A stretch of DNA of 58,766 nucleotides from Patescibacteria group bacterium (GCA_021734135.1 JAIPJO010000001.1:1-58766); one strand, 5' to 3'. Positions 28,638 through 39,387 are shown, counted from the first letter of the stretch. A program made the numbers and translations. Notes: generated from the letters alone by a model not told the origin.

Positions 28638-28722
28638 ATTAGTATATATATGAGTTTATTGTAGTTCTCGTAGCCTGTAATTAGGCTAATTTTTATATTT
28701 AAATATTTTAAACATAAGTTTT

Positions 28723-29373
28723 ATGATTATTTCTTGGCAAGGGCAATCTTGTTTTAAAATTCAAGATAAAATTGGTCCAGATGGTATTACTGTAGCCACT
28801 GATCCTTTTGATAAATCAGTGGGATTAAAGGTCCCAAACTTTGAAGCAGATATAGTAACAGTAAGTCATGATCACTCTGATCATAATAATGTGCAATCTT
28901 TAAGAAGTGATCCTTTCGTTGCTAGCATGGCTGGAGAATATGATGTAAAAGGAGTTTTAATTGAAGGTATTGAATCATATCATGATGATAAAAAAGGTGA
29001 AGAAAGAGGTAAAAACATTATCTATAGAATTGAGATGGAAGATATTAGTATTGTGCATTTAGGAGATTTAGGTCATAGTTTAGATAATTCACAGTTAGCT
29101 AAATTAGAAGCTACTGATATATTGATGATACCAGTGGGAGGTAAATATACTTTAGATGCTAAGAAAGCTGTGGAGGTAATAGCCCAATTAGAGCCAAGAA
29201 TTATTATTCCTATGCACTATAAAATACCAGGACTTAAAATTGATATTGAAGGTGTAGATGCTTTTGTTAAAGAATTAGGTTTAACAGCTACTAAAGAAGA
29301 AAAGTTAAAAATAAGTAAAAAAGAATTACCATCTGAAGACACTGAATTGGTAATTTTTGATTATAAAAATTAA
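28723..29373 (+). CDS. Metallo-beta-lactamase-fold hydrolase (UPF0173-like)
   Basis: 216 aa. Begins MIISWQGQSCFKI. VSHDHSDH metal motif. Confidence 0.75.
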   Translation: MIISWQGQSCFKIQDKIGPDGITVATDPFDKSVGLKVPNFEADIVTVSHDHSDHNNVQSLRSDPFVASMAGEYDVKGVLIEGIESYHDDKKGEERGKNIIYRIEMEDISIVHLGDLGHSLDNSQLAKLEATDILMIPVGGKYTLDAKKAVEVIAQLEPRIIIPMHYKIPGLKIDIEGVDAFVKELGLTATKEEKLKISKKELPSEDTELVIFDYKN

Positions 29374-29387
29374 GTATAAATAAAATT

Positions 29388-29990
29388 ATGTCACATCCAC
29401 AGAAAGAGAGATCACTAGTAATATTAAAACCAGATGCTATTCAGCGTGGTTTAATTGGTGAATTAATTAAAAGAATTGAACAAAGTGGTTTAAAAATAAT
29501 TGCTTTAAAAATAGTAAACGCCACTGAAGATCAATGTTGGACACATTATAATAAAGATGAAGCTTGGTTTAAAGAAAAGGGTGAAAAAGTTGCAAAAAAT
29601 CGTGAAGCTAGAGGTTTAGAACTTGAAAAAGAGCCTATTGAGTATGGTAAAGATATTATTAAAGCCTTGGTAAGTTTTATGACTTGTGGTCCAATTATTC
29701 CTATGATTATTGAAGGTAATCAATCAGTAGCAATAGTAAAGAAGTTAGTAGGTGGTACAGAGCCAACTACATCTGATGTAGGAACAATAAGAGGAGATTT
29801 AACCGTTGATTCTTATGAGTTAGCTAATAGGGATGAGAGAGCTATTAGAAATTTAATACATTGTTCAGACGAGCCAGAGGAAGCTAAAAGAGAAATAGAT
29901 ATTTGGTTTAATAAAGAAGAAATTCTTTCATACAAATTAGCTATGGAAAGAATATTGTATGATGTTAATTTAGATGGTATTAAAGAATAG
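29388..29990 (+). CDS. ndk: Nucleoside diphosphate kinase (long form with internal insertion)
   Basis: 200 aa. ERSLVILKPDAIQRGLIGELI N-terminus. Active-site region NLIHCSD (usually N-x-x-H-G/A-S-D). Confidence 0.8.
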   Translation: MSHPQKERSLVILKPDAIQRGLIGELIKRIEQSGLKIIALKIVNATEDQCWTHYNKDEAWFKEKGEKVAKNREARGLELEKEPIEYGKDIIKALVSFMTCGPIIPMIIEGNQSVAIVKKLVGGTEPTTSDVGTIRGDLTVDSYELANRDERAIRNLIHCSDEPEEAKREIDIWFNKEEILSYKLAMERILYDVNLDGIKE

Positions 29991-30002
29991 ATAATATATG
30001 AT

Positions 30003-30536
30003 ATGGGTAAAAAACTAAAAAGAGATAATAAAAATAGGGATGTTAGTGGTGATGAAAAAGATAAAAAATTACTACTTTACTCAGCAGTTATTTTCTTTTT
30101 GGTTTTAATTATGTTTTTTTGGATTTTTAATTTATCATCTATACTTAGTTCTAAAACCATAGAGGAAGAAGAGGTAGATAATTTTAATTGGAATAAAATA
30201 TCTGACACTTTAAAAAATACCTGGTCAAATTTTAGTGATAATTGGAATGAAGCTAGTGTAGAGCTTGAGAATAAAGCAGAAAATAACCCAGATATATTTG
30301 TCTCTAGTACCAGCACAGAAGATGTGTCTACTAGCACTGTAGACGTAGAGGAGTTTGAAGATATGCAATCAGAGCTTAAAAAATTAGAAGAAGCCTTAGA
30401 AGAGGCACAAATTGAAAAACAAAATCCTAACAATTGTCCTGAGTGGGTAAATTGTATGCCAACATATGGCGATTCTGGTCCAAGGAATTGTGTGATTCCA
30501 CCGGGCTGTGAAGGTATAACTGAAAAAGTATATTAA
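30003..30536 (+). CDS. Hypothetical membrane-anchored protein with Cys-containing C-terminus
   Basis: 177 aa. One TM helix, acidic coiled region, C-terminal CPEWVNCMPTYGDSGPRNCVIPPGC. Confidence 0.45.
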   Translation: MGKKLKRDNKNRDVSGDEKDKKLLLYSAVIFFLVLIMFFWIFNLSSILSSKTIEEEEVDNFNWNKISDTLKNTWSNFSDNWNEASVELENKAENNPDIFVSSTSTEDVSTSTVDVEEFEDMQSELKKLEEALEEAQIEKQNPNNCPEWVNCMPTYGDSGPRNCVIPPGCEGITEKVY

Positions 30537-30542
30537 TATTAT

Positions 30543-33500
30543 ATGACTACAAAAAATACAGACAAAAATACAGAGCAAGAACCTCAGGATGAGGGGATTA
30601 AAAAAAATGATGAAAATGAGTTAACTGCTTATGGTTTAATTAAAAACCAGTCTTTAGTAGATGAAATGAGTCAATCATATCTTGATTATGCTATGAGTGT
30701 CATTGTTTCTCGTGCCTTACCGGATGTGAGAGATGGTTTAAAACCAGTTCACAGACGTATATTATATGCGATGTGGAGCATTGGTTTAAAATCAACTGCT
30801 AAGTTTAGAAAATCAGCCACTGTAGTTGGTGAGGTTTTAGGTAAATATCATCCTCATGGAGATAGTGCTGTATATGATTCAATGGTTAGAATGGCGCAAG
30901 ATTTTTCTATGCGTTATCAATTGGTTAATGGACAGGGTAATTTTGGTTCAATGGATGGAGATAGCCCGGCAGCTATGAGATACTGTGTTACTGGTGATAC
31001 TTTAATTTTAAGTAATAAAGGAATTTTACCTATTGAAAAGATTTCAAATAAAATAGAAGAGAAAATTAATTTAAATATTTTAAATTATCAAGGTAAAGTT
31101 AAAAAAGCAGATAGGTTTTTTAATTCAGGTAAACATAAAATTAGACAGGTTGTTACTGAGCAGGGTTATCAAATTAAAGGATCTTTGAATCATCCTTTAA
31201 TGGTTTGGTCTCAAGATGAGTTTAGTAGACCTGCTATTTCTTGGAAAATTTTGGCAGATCTTAGAGAAGAAGACACAGTTTTGATTAATAGAAATTTTTC
31301 TCTTTTTTCTAAAATTAATACTAATTTAGAAAAATATTACTTACCTTTAAAAAAGAAACAAACTAAAGTAGTTTTACCTAAAACTATGAATAAGGACTTA
31401 GCTTTTTTGCTAGGAGCTTTAGTTTCTGAGGGTAGTTATCATAAAGGGCAAATATTATTTTGTAATTCTGATAAAGTTTTTTATGATAAAGTAAAAAATA
31501 TAATTTTAAAACAATTTAAAGGAGTTAAATTGTATGAAAGAGATATACAAGGTGGTTGTCGTGAATTAAGCTTATACCATCAGCAAGCGGTTAATTTTTT
31601 AGAGAGCATAGGGTTATCATTTAAGCGTTCTGATAAAAAAGAAATACCTTTTACAGTTCTTGAGTCTAAGAAAGAAATAATCTCATCATTTATACAAGCC
31701 TTATTTGAAGGTGATGGTTCTGTAATTTACAAAAAAGATAAAAGACATGATGGTGAGTCTATTGAACTTACTTATAATAGTAAAAGTGAGAAATTAATTG
31801 AGCAATTAAAAACAACTTTACTTGGTTTTCAAATTATAACGACTAATCCTTATCAAGATAAAAGAAATTCTTGTTATAAATTAATTATTTCTGGAGTTGA
31901 AAGTATTAATAATTTTTATAAGCAAATTAATTTTTATTCTCAGCGTAAAAAAGAGGTTTTAACTAATATTGAAAATATTAATAATACTCGTTTAAGTAAA
32001 ACTGATTATATACCTTATATTAGTGAGTATTTAAGAAAAAATTATAATCAAAGTTTTTTAAAGAAAAATAATTTTGATCGTTACTCTAAATTAGAAAAAA
32101 ACTATTCACAATTAGTAAAAATATTAAAGCCAGCTGATAAAGAAATAATAGATTGGTTATTAAAACATAAGTTTTTCTTTAATAAAATAAAAACTATTAC
32201 AGATCTTAAAAACAAAGAAACAGTTTATTCTGTAAGGGTAGATAGTAATTGCCATTCATTTATTGCCAACGGTTTTGTTAATCATAATACAGAAGCTAAG
32301 CTACAAAATATTTCTGATGAACTTTTAATTGATATAGAAAAGAAAACAGTTGATTTTCGTCCTAACTTTGATGGTTCTCATGATGAACCTAGTGTTTTAC
32401 CAGCTAAACTACCTAACCTACTTTTAAACGGTACTATGGGTATTGCTGTAGGTATGGCTACAAATATTCCTCCTCATAATTTACATGAATTATCACAAGC
32501 TATAATACACTTAATTGAAAATCCTGAAGCTAGCATTGAAGATCTAACTGCTTTTGTTAAAGGACCAGATTTTCCTACTGGTGGAATTATTTATAATCAA
32601 AAAGATATTGCTCAGGCCTATGCTACTGGTAAAGGTGGAATTGTGGTAAGGGGTAAGGCGGAAATTGTTGAGAATAAAGCTAATGATTTTAAAATTATTA
32701 TCACAGAAATTCCTTATCAAGTAAATAAAGCTAATTTAGTAACGAAAATTGCTGAATTAGTTAAAGATAAAAAGATTGATAGTATTAAAGATTTAAGAGA
32801 TGAATCTGATAAAGATGGTGTTAGAGTAGTTATTGATCTTAAAAAAGATGCTTATCCTAAAAAGGTGTTAAACACTTTATATAAAAATACACAACTTCAA
32901 GAAACTTTTCATGTTAATATGTTAGCTTTAATAGATGGCTTGCAACCAAAAGTGCTTACATTAAAAATGATACTTGAAGAATATATTAAGCATCGTTTGG
33001 AAGTAGTTAGAAGAAGAACTCAGTTTGATTTGGATAAAGCTAAGGATAGAGCCCATATCTTAGAAGGTCTTGTTATTGCTTTAAAAAATATTGATGAAGT
33101 TATTAAAACTATTAAAGCTTCAAAAGATAAAGAAGTAGCGAAGTTAAGTTTAATTAAAAAGTTTAAACTTTCAGAGCGTCAAGCAGTAGCCATTCTAGAA
33201 ATGAAATTGCAGAATTTAGCAAATCTGGAAGGAAAGAAGATAGAAGATGAATTAAAAGAAAAACAAAAATTAATTAAAGAATTAGAAAGTATTTTAGGGT
33301 CTAAAACTAAGATGAGAAATATTATTAAACAAGAAGTGGTAGACCTTGAAAAGAAATATGGAGACGAAAGAAGAACTAAAGTTGTAAGTAGAGGAATAAA
33401 AGACTTTAATATTGAAGATTTAGTACCAAATGAAGAAACCATGATCATGATGACTAAAGATGGTTATATTAAAAGACTTGATCCTAGTAATTTTAAAGTT

Positions 33501-34376
33501 CAGGCTAGAGGTGGAAAAGGTGTTATTGGTTTAAGCACTAAAGAAGAGGATTTGGTACAATTTATGTTTACCACTAATACTCATAGTGACCTCCTTTTCT
33601 TTACTACAAAAGGTAGAGTTTTTCAATTAAAATCATATGAAATTCCCCAGGCCTCTAGAACTGCTAAAGGTACAGCTATAGTTAATTTTTTACAACTCAT
33701 GAGCAATGAGCAAGTTACTTCAATATTACCTTTAGATAAAATTTCTAATCAAAAATATCTATTCTTTACTACTGAAAAAGGTATAGTTAAAAAAGTTTCT
33801 TTAGATTCCTTTGCTAATGTTAGAAGGTCAGGACTTATAGCTATTAAGATTAAAAATGAAGATAGACTTATTTGGGCTAAACCAACTAGTGGTGACGATG
33901 AAGTAATATTGATTACAGCTAATGGACAAGCTATTAGATTTAAAGAAAAAGATGTTAGAGAAATGGGAAGATCTGCAGCCGGCGTTTATGGAATGCGCTT
34001 AAAGAAGGATGATAAAGTTATTGGCATGGGAGTAGCTAATCAAAAAGCAATTAAAGAAAAAGATTATCAAGTAATGACTATTATGGCTAATGGTTTTGGT
34101 AAAAGAACAGCTTTTGATCTGTATAAAATTCAAAAAAGAGGTGGCTCTGGCATTAAAACTGCTAAAGTTACAAACAAGACTGGTCTTATAGTCAATGCTT
34201 ATTTAATGGATTACAAGATTATGAAAGAAAAAGATATTGTTGCCATTTCAGCTAAAGGTCAAGTAATTCGTTTATCCTTTGCTTCTATTAATAAAACAGG
34301 TAGAGATACGCAAGGAGTGAAACTTATGAGATTAAAAAATGATAATGATAGTGTTGCTGGGGTAACTTGGGTATAA
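30543..34376 (+). CDS. gyrA: DNA gyrase subunit A, interrupted by an intein
   Basis: 1277 aa. Extein motifs: [46 protein letters not shown]|...|TEAKL, and C-terminal beta-pinwheel repeats. About 842 aa remain after removing the intein. Confidence 0.95.
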   Translation: MTTKNTDKNTEQEPQDEGIKKNDENELTAYGLIKNQSLVDEMSQSYLDYAMSVIVSRALPDVRDGLKPVHRRILYAMWSIGLKSTAKFRKSATVVGEVLGKYHPHGDSAVYDSMVRMAQDFSMRYQLVNGQGNFGSMDGDSPAAMRYCVTGDTLILSNKGILPIEKISNKIEEKINLNILNYQGKVKKADRFFNSGKHKIRQVVTEQGYQIKGSLNHPLMVWSQDEFSRPAISWKILADLREEDTVLINRNFSLFSKINTNLEKYYLPLKKKQTKVVLPKTMNKDLAFLLGALVSEGSYHKGQILFCNSDKVFYDKVKNIILKQFKGVKLYERDIQGGCRELSLYHQQAVNFLESIGLSFKRSDKKEIPFTVLESKKEIISSFIQALFEGDGSVIYKKDKRHDGESIELTYNSKSEKLIEQLKTTLLGFQIITTNPYQDKRNSCYKLIISGVESINNFYKQINFYSQRKKEVLTNIENINNTRLSKTDYIPYISEYLRKNYNQSFLKKNNFDRYSKLEKNYSQLVKILKPADKEIIDWLLKHKFFFNKIKTITDLKNKETVYSVRVDSNCHSFIANGFVNHNTEAKLQNISDELLIDIEKKTVDFRPNFDGSHDEPSVLPAKLPNLLLNGTMGIAVGMATNIPPHNLHELSQAIIHLIENPEASIEDLTAFVKGPDFPTGGIIYNQKDIAQAYATGKGGIVVRGKAEIVENKANDFKIIITEIPYQVNKANLVTKIAELVKDKKIDSIKDLRDESDKDGVRVVIDLKKDAYPKKVLNTLYKNTQLQETFHVNMLALIDGLQPKVLTLKMILEEYIKHRLEVVRRRTQFDLDKAKDRAHILEGLVIALKNIDEVIKTIKASKDKEVAKLSLIKKFKLSERQAVAILEMKLQNLANLEGKKIEDELKEKQKLIKELESILGSKTKMRNIIKQEVVDLEKKYGDERRTKVVSRGIKDFNIEDLVPNEETMIMMTKDGYIKRLDPSNFKVQARGGKGVIGLSTKEEDLVQFMFTTNTHSDLLFFTTKGRVFQLKSYEIPQASRTAKGTAIVNFLQLMSNEQVTSILPLDKISNQKYLFFTTEKGIVKKVSLDSFANVRRSGLIAIKIKNEDRLIWAKPTSGDDEVILITANGQAIRFKEKDVREMGRSAAGVYGMRLKKDDKVIGMGVANQKAIKEKDYQVMTIMANGFGKRTAFDLYKIQKRGGSGIKTAKVTNKTGLIVNAYLMDYKIMKEKDIVAISAKGQVIRLSFASINKTGRDTQGVKLMRLKNDNDSVAGVTWV
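30984..32288 (+). mobile_element. GyrA intein (435 aa) with LAGLIDADG homing-endonuclease domain
   Basis: Starts with Cys ([10 protein letters not shown]) directly after the active-site Tyr. Block B SLNHPL. LAGLIDADG motifs [14 protein letters not shown] and [12 protein letters not shown]. Ends ...GFVNHN, followed by Thr (+1). Confidence 0.9.
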
Positions 34377-34391
34377 TAATAAAACAAATTT

Positions 34392-35426
34392 ATGATTATA
34401 GATATAATTACAATCGTATTACTTCTGGCAATACTAGTTTTAGCTTGGTATTTTTTTCAAAGAAAACAAAATGATAAAGGTATGACTTTAATGCAGGAAC
34501 GTTTAAAGAACTTATCTGAAATCAATACTTTACTTAGACAAGAGCTTGATAAAAAATTATCAGAAGTACATCAAAGTAATCGTGAACAGTTTGGGCAAAG
34601 TGCTAAACTTATTTCTAACATCACTGAAAGACTGACTAAATTAGATGAAACTAATAGGCAAGTGGTTAACTTCTCTGAACAACTTCAAAACTTGCAAGAT
34701 ATATTAAAAAATCCTAAGCATCGTGGTGTGTTAGGTGAATATTATTTAGAAGAAACCTTAAAAAATGTTTTATCTCCCAATTCATACAAAATGCAATATA
34801 GTTTTAAAGATGGCGATATAGTTGATGCTGTTGTGTTTGTAAAAGATAAAGTAATTCCGGTAGATTCAAAGTTTAGTTTAGAAAATTATGAGAAATTATT
34901 AAATTGCAGAGATAAAGAACAAAGGACAAGATTAGAAAGGGCCTTTAAGGCTGATTTAAAGGCTAGAATAGATGAAACAGCTAAATATATAAAGCCATCA
35001 GAAAAAACACTTGATTTTGCTTTTATGTTTATTCCTTCAGAGGCTATATATTACGATCTTTTAGTAGGAAAAATTGGTATTGTTCACCGTGATTTAATTG
35101 AATATGCTTTTAAAGAAAAGAAAGTAGTAATTGTTTCACCAACATCTTTCCTTGCTTATTTGCAGACCGTTTTGCAAGGCCTTAGAGCTATGCAAATAGA
35201 AGAATCAGCTCAAGAAATTAAAAAGAATGTTGAAAAATTAGGGCGTCATATTCTAAGTTATGATAATTATTTACAGAAATTAGGCAATACTCTTTCAACT
35301 AGTGTTAATCATTACAATAGTGCTTATAAAGAATTTAAAAAAATAGATAAAGATGTAACTAAAATTTCAAATAAAAAGGAAGAGGTAGAAACAATGGAAA
35401 TAGATAAACCTAAACAAGAAGATTAA
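34392..35426 (+). CDS. rmuC: DNA recombination protein RmuC
   Basis: 344 aa. N-terminal TM helix, long coiled coil, and a C-terminal nuclease-like region typical of RmuC (GVLGEYYLEE...DAVVF...PVDSKF). Confidence 0.75.
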   Translation: MIIDIITIVLLLAILVLAWYFFQRKQNDKGMTLMQERLKNLSEINTLLRQELDKKLSEVHQSNREQFGQSAKLISNITERLTKLDETNRQVVNFSEQLQNLQDILKNPKHRGVLGEYYLEETLKNVLSPNSYKMQYSFKDGDIVDAVVFVKDKVIPVDSKFSLENYEKLLNCRDKEQRTRLERAFKADLKARIDETAKYIKPSEKTLDFAFMFIPSEAIYYDLLVGKIGIVHRDLIEYAFKEKKVVIVSPTSFLAYLQTVLQGLRAMQIEESAQEIKKNVEKLGRHILSYDNYLQKLGNTLSTSVNHYNSAYKEFKKIDKDVTKISNKKEEVETMEIDKPKQED

Positions 35427-35430
35427 TAAT

Positions 35431-36384
35431 ATGTTAGAAGATTCAAACATCAATTTAAACAAAGCAATTGTATCTACAATTGCTTTTTTTGATATTTTTT
35501 CTTATCCACTTAGTGCTTTTGAAGTTTATAAATACTTACAGATAGAATCTTCATATTCTCAAGTTGTTTTAGCATTAGAAAATTTAGAAGCTAGAAATAT
35601 TATTAGTTCTAAAAATAGCTTTTATTGTTTAAAAGATAAGGAAGATAATTTTGCAATTAGGCAAAGAAGATATAATTATAGTAAGAAAAAGATGAAAATA
35701 GCTAAGAAATGGGCAAAAGTATTTAGATTATTTACTAGCTTAAAACTTGTGGCGATAAGTAATGGTAAGGGTTTATATAATTTAAGAAAAGAAGGAGATA
35801 TAGATTTAATTATTATCACTAAAGAAAATAAAATTTGGACCACAAGATTTATTTTAGCTACAATTGCTAAGTTATTTAATTTAAGACCTAGCCCTAAAAA
35901 CAAGAAAGATAAACTTTGTTTAAGTTTTTTTGTAAGTGAATATAATTTAAATTTACAAAATTATACTAAAGAAAATGACTTAGATTTTTTCTATTGGTTA
36001 GTTAATTTTAGCTCTATTTATGATGAAGATAATTATTTAAATAAATTATTAGCAGAAAATATTTGGTTAAAAAAATATTTACCCAATTATTTTAAAGTTA
36101 TAGATGTAAATAATAAAAAAAATTATTTTAAAGTAGAAAAAGAAGTAGATAAAAAAGAAATTAAAAAATCTTTTTATAATAAAAATAGAAATAATGGATT
36201 TATTGAAAATTTTTTAAAAAAAATACAATGGCATTTATTTCCTCAGGAAATTAAAAATAAAGCCAATAAAGGTAATGAAGTTATTATAAATGATGAAATT
36301 TTAAAACTTCATGTTTTAGATAAAAGGCAGTATTATTATCAAAAATATTTAGAAAAAATGAGAGTTTATGAAGATAAATTATAA
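35431..36384 (+). CDS. Hypothetical protein; possible winged-helix plus Pol-beta-type nucleotidyltransferase fold
   Basis: 317 aa. G-x...-GDIDL motif (GKGLYNLRKEGDIDLIIIT). Its 3' end overlaps the next gene by 17 nt. Confidence 0.4.
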   Translation: MLEDSNINLNKAIVSTIAFFDIFSYPLSAFEVYKYLQIESSYSQVVLALENLEARNIISSKNSFYCLKDKEDNFAIRQRRYNYSKKKMKIAKKWAKVFRLFTSLKLVAISNGKGLYNLRKEGDIDLIIITKENKIWTTRFILATIAKLFNLRPSPKNKKDKLCLSFFVSEYNLNLQNYTKENDLDFFYWLVNFSSIYDEDNYLNKLLAENIWLKKYLPNYFKVIDVNNKKNYFKVEKEVDKKEIKKSFYNKNRNNGFIENFLKKIQWHLFPQEIKNKANKGNEVIINDEILKLHVLDKRQYYYQKYLEKMRVYEDKL

Positions 36385-37723
36385 GCTAAAAAAATTAAAT
36401 ATTTTGAATGTAAAAAAGCTAGTTAAATATCTATTGTATTTTGTAGTTTTTATTCTACCTTTACAAACTAGATATATTGTCAGCGCCTGGACTGAAGATG
36501 GTTTTTCTCTAGAGTTTCATGCTATTAGTTTTTATTTTACAGATTTATTAATAATAATTTTAGTATTATTAACACTTAGTGCATATTTTAAAACTATTAG
36601 TGCTCAGATTAAAAATAGATTATGGTATTTTCTGGGAGTCTTTGAAATATTTATTATTATCTCAATTATAGTTTCGTATAATTATAACTTATCTTTATTA
36701 CATTATTTTTGGTTTATAATTTTTTCTTTATTAATTTGGGTTTTAATAACAGCTCAGTATAATAAGCTAAAGCTTTTATTTTGGTTTTTAGGAGCTTCAT
36801 TGTTGCAAGGTATTTTAGGAATTTCACAGTTTATTTCACAAAGTTCATTTAGCAGTAAATATTTAGGTATGGCTAAACACAGTGCTTCTGATTTAGGGCA
36901 AGCTGTTATAGAAACAGTTTCTGGACGTTGGCTTAGAGCTTATGGAGGACTTGATCATCCCAACATCTTTGGTGTCTTAATGGCTACTAGTTTAATTATT
37001 TCACTATATTTATTATTAGCTCAAAATAAAAAGATTAAAAGTTTTAAAAAATTAAGATTATCTTTATTTCTCTGGGCTAGCATTTTAATATCATTTATGG
37101 CCTTACTAGTTTCTTTTTCAAGGCTAGCAATAGGGGCTGGATTTATCGGTGCTTTATTAATAGTTTTATATTATTTATTTTATAAAAAAAATTATAAACA
37201 AATAATTAAAGTTATTTCAGCTTTAACTCTTTTAGCTGTTATTATAATTAGTGTCTATAGTCAATTGTTTTTCTCAAGACTAGATACTGATAATCGTTTA
37301 GAAAAAAAGTCTATCAATGAAAGACAAGAGCAAATAGTTGAGACTAAAACAATTATCAAAGATAATTTGTATTTTGGAGTAGGCGTTGGTAATTATAGCT
37401 TAGCTTTATATGAATATTATCCAGATAAAGAAATATATGAATTACAGCCAGTACACAATAGTTTTTTACTTCTTATAGCTGAAGTTGGCATCTTTGGCTT
37501 TATAGCTTTCTTGATGTTTTTTCTATATCTATTTGCTATAGCCTATAGCAGAAAACAAGTCTTATATGTTTCTTTATGGTTAATGCTTCTAATAATAATG
37601 TTAGCAGAGCATTGGTTAATATCACTTCACTTTGGTTGGCTTATACTAGCTTTAATTTCAGGTTTAATATTAAGACCTGTTAGTGTAGGTGATGGCATTA
37701 AAAAAAAGAGATTGAAAAATTAA
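36368..37723 (+). CDS. O-antigen ligase/Wzy_C-like polytopic membrane protein
   Basis: 451 aa with about 10 or more TM helices and an external loop with conserved LDHPNIFG...PVHNSFLLLIAEVGIFGF. Confidence 0.7.
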   Translation: MKINYKLKKLNILNVKKLVKYLLYFVVFILPLQTRYIVSAWTEDGFSLEFHAISFYFTDLLIIILVLLTLSAYFKTISAQIKNRLWYFLGVFEIFIIISIIVSYNYNLSLLHYFWFIIFSLLIWVLITAQYNKLKLLFWFLGASLLQGILGISQFISQSSFSSKYLGMAKHSASDLGQAVIETVSGRWLRAYGGLDHPNIFGVLMATSLIISLYLLLAQNKKIKSFKKLRLSLFLWASILISFMALLVSFSRLAIGAGFIGALLIVLYYLFYKKNYKQIIKVISALTLLAVIIISVYSQLFFSRLDTDNRLEKKSINERQEQIVETKTIIKDNLYFGVGVGNYSLALYEYYPDKEIYELQPVHNSFLLLIAEVGIFGFIAFLMFFLYLFAIAYSRKQVLYVSLWLMLLIIMLAEHWLISLHFGWLILALISGLILRPVSVGDGIKKKRLKN

Positions 37724-38094
37724 TTAAATAATTTATCAATATCAAAAGTCACCCTTAAAGCTTTAAAGATATTGTCATAGTAGTTTTTTTCTAAGTCTCC
37801 TATTTTTTTTATTAATCTATCTTTATCTATAACTCTTATTTGTTCACATTTTAATTTAGAGGTTGTTTGTAGTCCATTTTTCTTAGAAGAAGAAACCTTT
37901 ATCTCAAAGGGATATATGTTTTCTAGCTTTTTACTACTAAATGGCGCTATTATGGTAGTTTGAGCCTTAGGTCCACTAGCATTTGTTTGCATGATTAAAC
38001 AAGGCCTTATACCTTTTTGTTCTGATCCTTTTGTAGGGTTTAAGTTAGTTTGCCAAATCTCAAATTGATTTATAGGTTTATTCATTTTTTTCAA
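37720..38094 (-). CDS. MazF/PemK-family type II toxin (endoribonuclease)
   Basis: 124 aa. FEIWQTNLNPTKGSEQKGIRPCLIMQ is typical of PemK/MazF. Confidence 0.75.
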   Translation of the reverse strand: MKKMNKPINQFEIWQTNLNPTKGSEQKGIRPCLIMQTNASGPKAQTTIIAPFSSKKLENIYPFEIKVSSSKKNGLQTTSKLKCEQIRVIDKDRLIKKIGDLEKNYYDNIFKALRVTFDIDKLFN

Positions 38095-38317
38095 TTAATG
38101 TTAGATAATTAGAAAAATCAGAGTTAGCTAGCTCTAAATCATTCTGATCTTGAGCTGAGAAACCTGCTTCTATTTCCTTTTTTAACAGATATTTTCTGTA
38201 TTCACTTAAGATTTTGTCGATAAGTTCTGAGCGATTCTTTTTCTTTGTTTTGGAGGTCTGTTCCAGGAAATCAAAGTTATCTTTATTTATTGTAATAGAT
38301 AATTGTTTGCTATTCAT
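38078..38317 (-). CDS. Putative antitoxin (ribbon-helix-helix-like)
   Basis: 79 aa, immediately upstream of the toxin gene and overlapping it by 17 nt. N-terminal beta-strand/helix pattern with NRSELIDKIL. Confidence 0.55.
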   Translation of the reverse strand: MNSKQLSITINKDNFDFLEQTSKTKKKNRSELIDKILSEYRKYLLKKEIEAGFSAQDQNDLELANSDFSNYLTLIEKNE

Positions 38318-38348
38318 ATTATATAATTATATTATTAAATTATATTAT

Positions 38349-38377
38349 AATTATATACTATATATTTTTTTTGTCAA
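38349..38377 (-). promoter_or_regulatory. Promoter of the toxin-antitoxin pair
   Basis: Minus strand reads TTGACA-N16-TATAAT. Confidence 0.5.
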
Positions 38378-38378
38378 G

Positions 38379-38624
38379 TTAGCTCTTATTTTTTTCTATA
38401 ATCCTATAATTCTCCTGCAAATAAACAAGATCCCTCGCTAGGCTTTTTAATATATTTTTAATCTCTTTTTCTGTGAGGTTATTGCTTTGAGATAATAGGT
38501 TTAAAATAGTTGCTAGACTGCCAAAATAGTCTTTAGCTTTAACATGAAAATTAGTACTTTTTTTATCACATATCAAATTGTGATATTTTTTTAGATAGTT
38601 TTTGTAATTATTTGTATAAATCAT
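38379..38624 (-). CDS. Hypothetical small protein
   Basis: 81-aa ORF between radC and the TA pair. No motif recognised. Confidence 0.35.
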   Translation of the reverse strand: MIYTNNYKNYLKKYHNLICDKKSTNFHVKAKDYFGSLATILNLLSQSNNLTEKEIKNILKSLARDLVYLQENYRIIEKNKS

Positions 38625-38664
38625 AATTCTTAGATTAATTAATTTAATTATTATTTATATTTAT

Positions 38665-39387
38665 TTAATAATTGTCTTCATTATTAATATTTAAATTAAT
38701 ACTTTGATAGCTGTTTTTGGTAATAATGATATGATCTAAAACTTCAATACCTAAAATATTTCCAGCTTTAATTAAGTTAGCACTAACCTTAATATCTTCT
38801 AGACTAGGGCTAGTATCACCTGAGGGATGGTTGTGAGCTAATACTATGGCGGTAGCACTATATTCAATGGCCGGTTGAAAGACTTCTCTGGGGTGAACTA
38901 TTGAGCAATCCAAGGTCCCTAGTGATATAATTTCATCGTGTATAATTTTTGCTCTGCTATTTAGATAAAGACCTCTAAATTGTTCTTTATTTAAACTCTT
39001 CATATCTTGAAGATAGTTATAGACATCTTTAGCGTTTTTAATAGTTTTCATTATTCCTTGATTTTCTTTAAATAATCTTTTCCCTAGTTCAAAACAAGCG
39101 ATAAGTTGAGAAGATTTAACAATAGGTAAATCAAATTGTTTACTTAATATTTGAGGATCTGTTTGCTCAGATATTGCTTTATTTCCATATTCTTTAAGTA
39201 ATCTTGAGCTCATATTAATTATGTTTTCTTTTTTAGTGCCAGTTTGTAATATAATGGCTATTAATTCTGACATAGATAATATATCAGGACCTTTTTCTAA
39301 AAGTTTTTCTCTAGGTTTCTCATGTGTGGGTAAATCTTTAATTTTTATAACTTTTTCTTTGTTATTTTTTAAACAATATTTTTTCAT
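38665..39387 (-). CDS. radC: RadC-like JAB/MPN-domain protein
   Basis: 240 aa. N-terminal HhH-like region (LSMSELIAIIL). JAMM motif HNHPSGDTSPSLEDI. Confidence 0.85.
   Translation of the reverse strand: MKKYCLKNNKEKVIKIKDLPTHEKPREKLLEKGPDILSMSELIAIILQTGTKKENIINMSSRLLKEYGNKAISEQTDPQILSKQFDLPIVKSSQLIACFELGKRLFKENQGIMKTIKNAKDVYNYLQDMKSLNKEQFRGLYLNSRAKIIHDEIISLGTLDCSIVHPREVFQPAIEYSATAIVLAHNHPSGDTSPSLEDIKVSANLIKAGNILGIEVLDHIIITKNSYQSINLNINNEDNY

Noticed and set aside
28648-28700. Leader peptide (MSLL-stop) plus hairpin/U-tract as an attenuator upstream of the MBL-ndk unit
   Set aside because: The mini-ORF is only four codons with no regulatory codon bias. The hairpin (agcct/aggct) is only 5 bp, and the downstream genes give no rationale for attenuation. 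The evidence is too weak to call.
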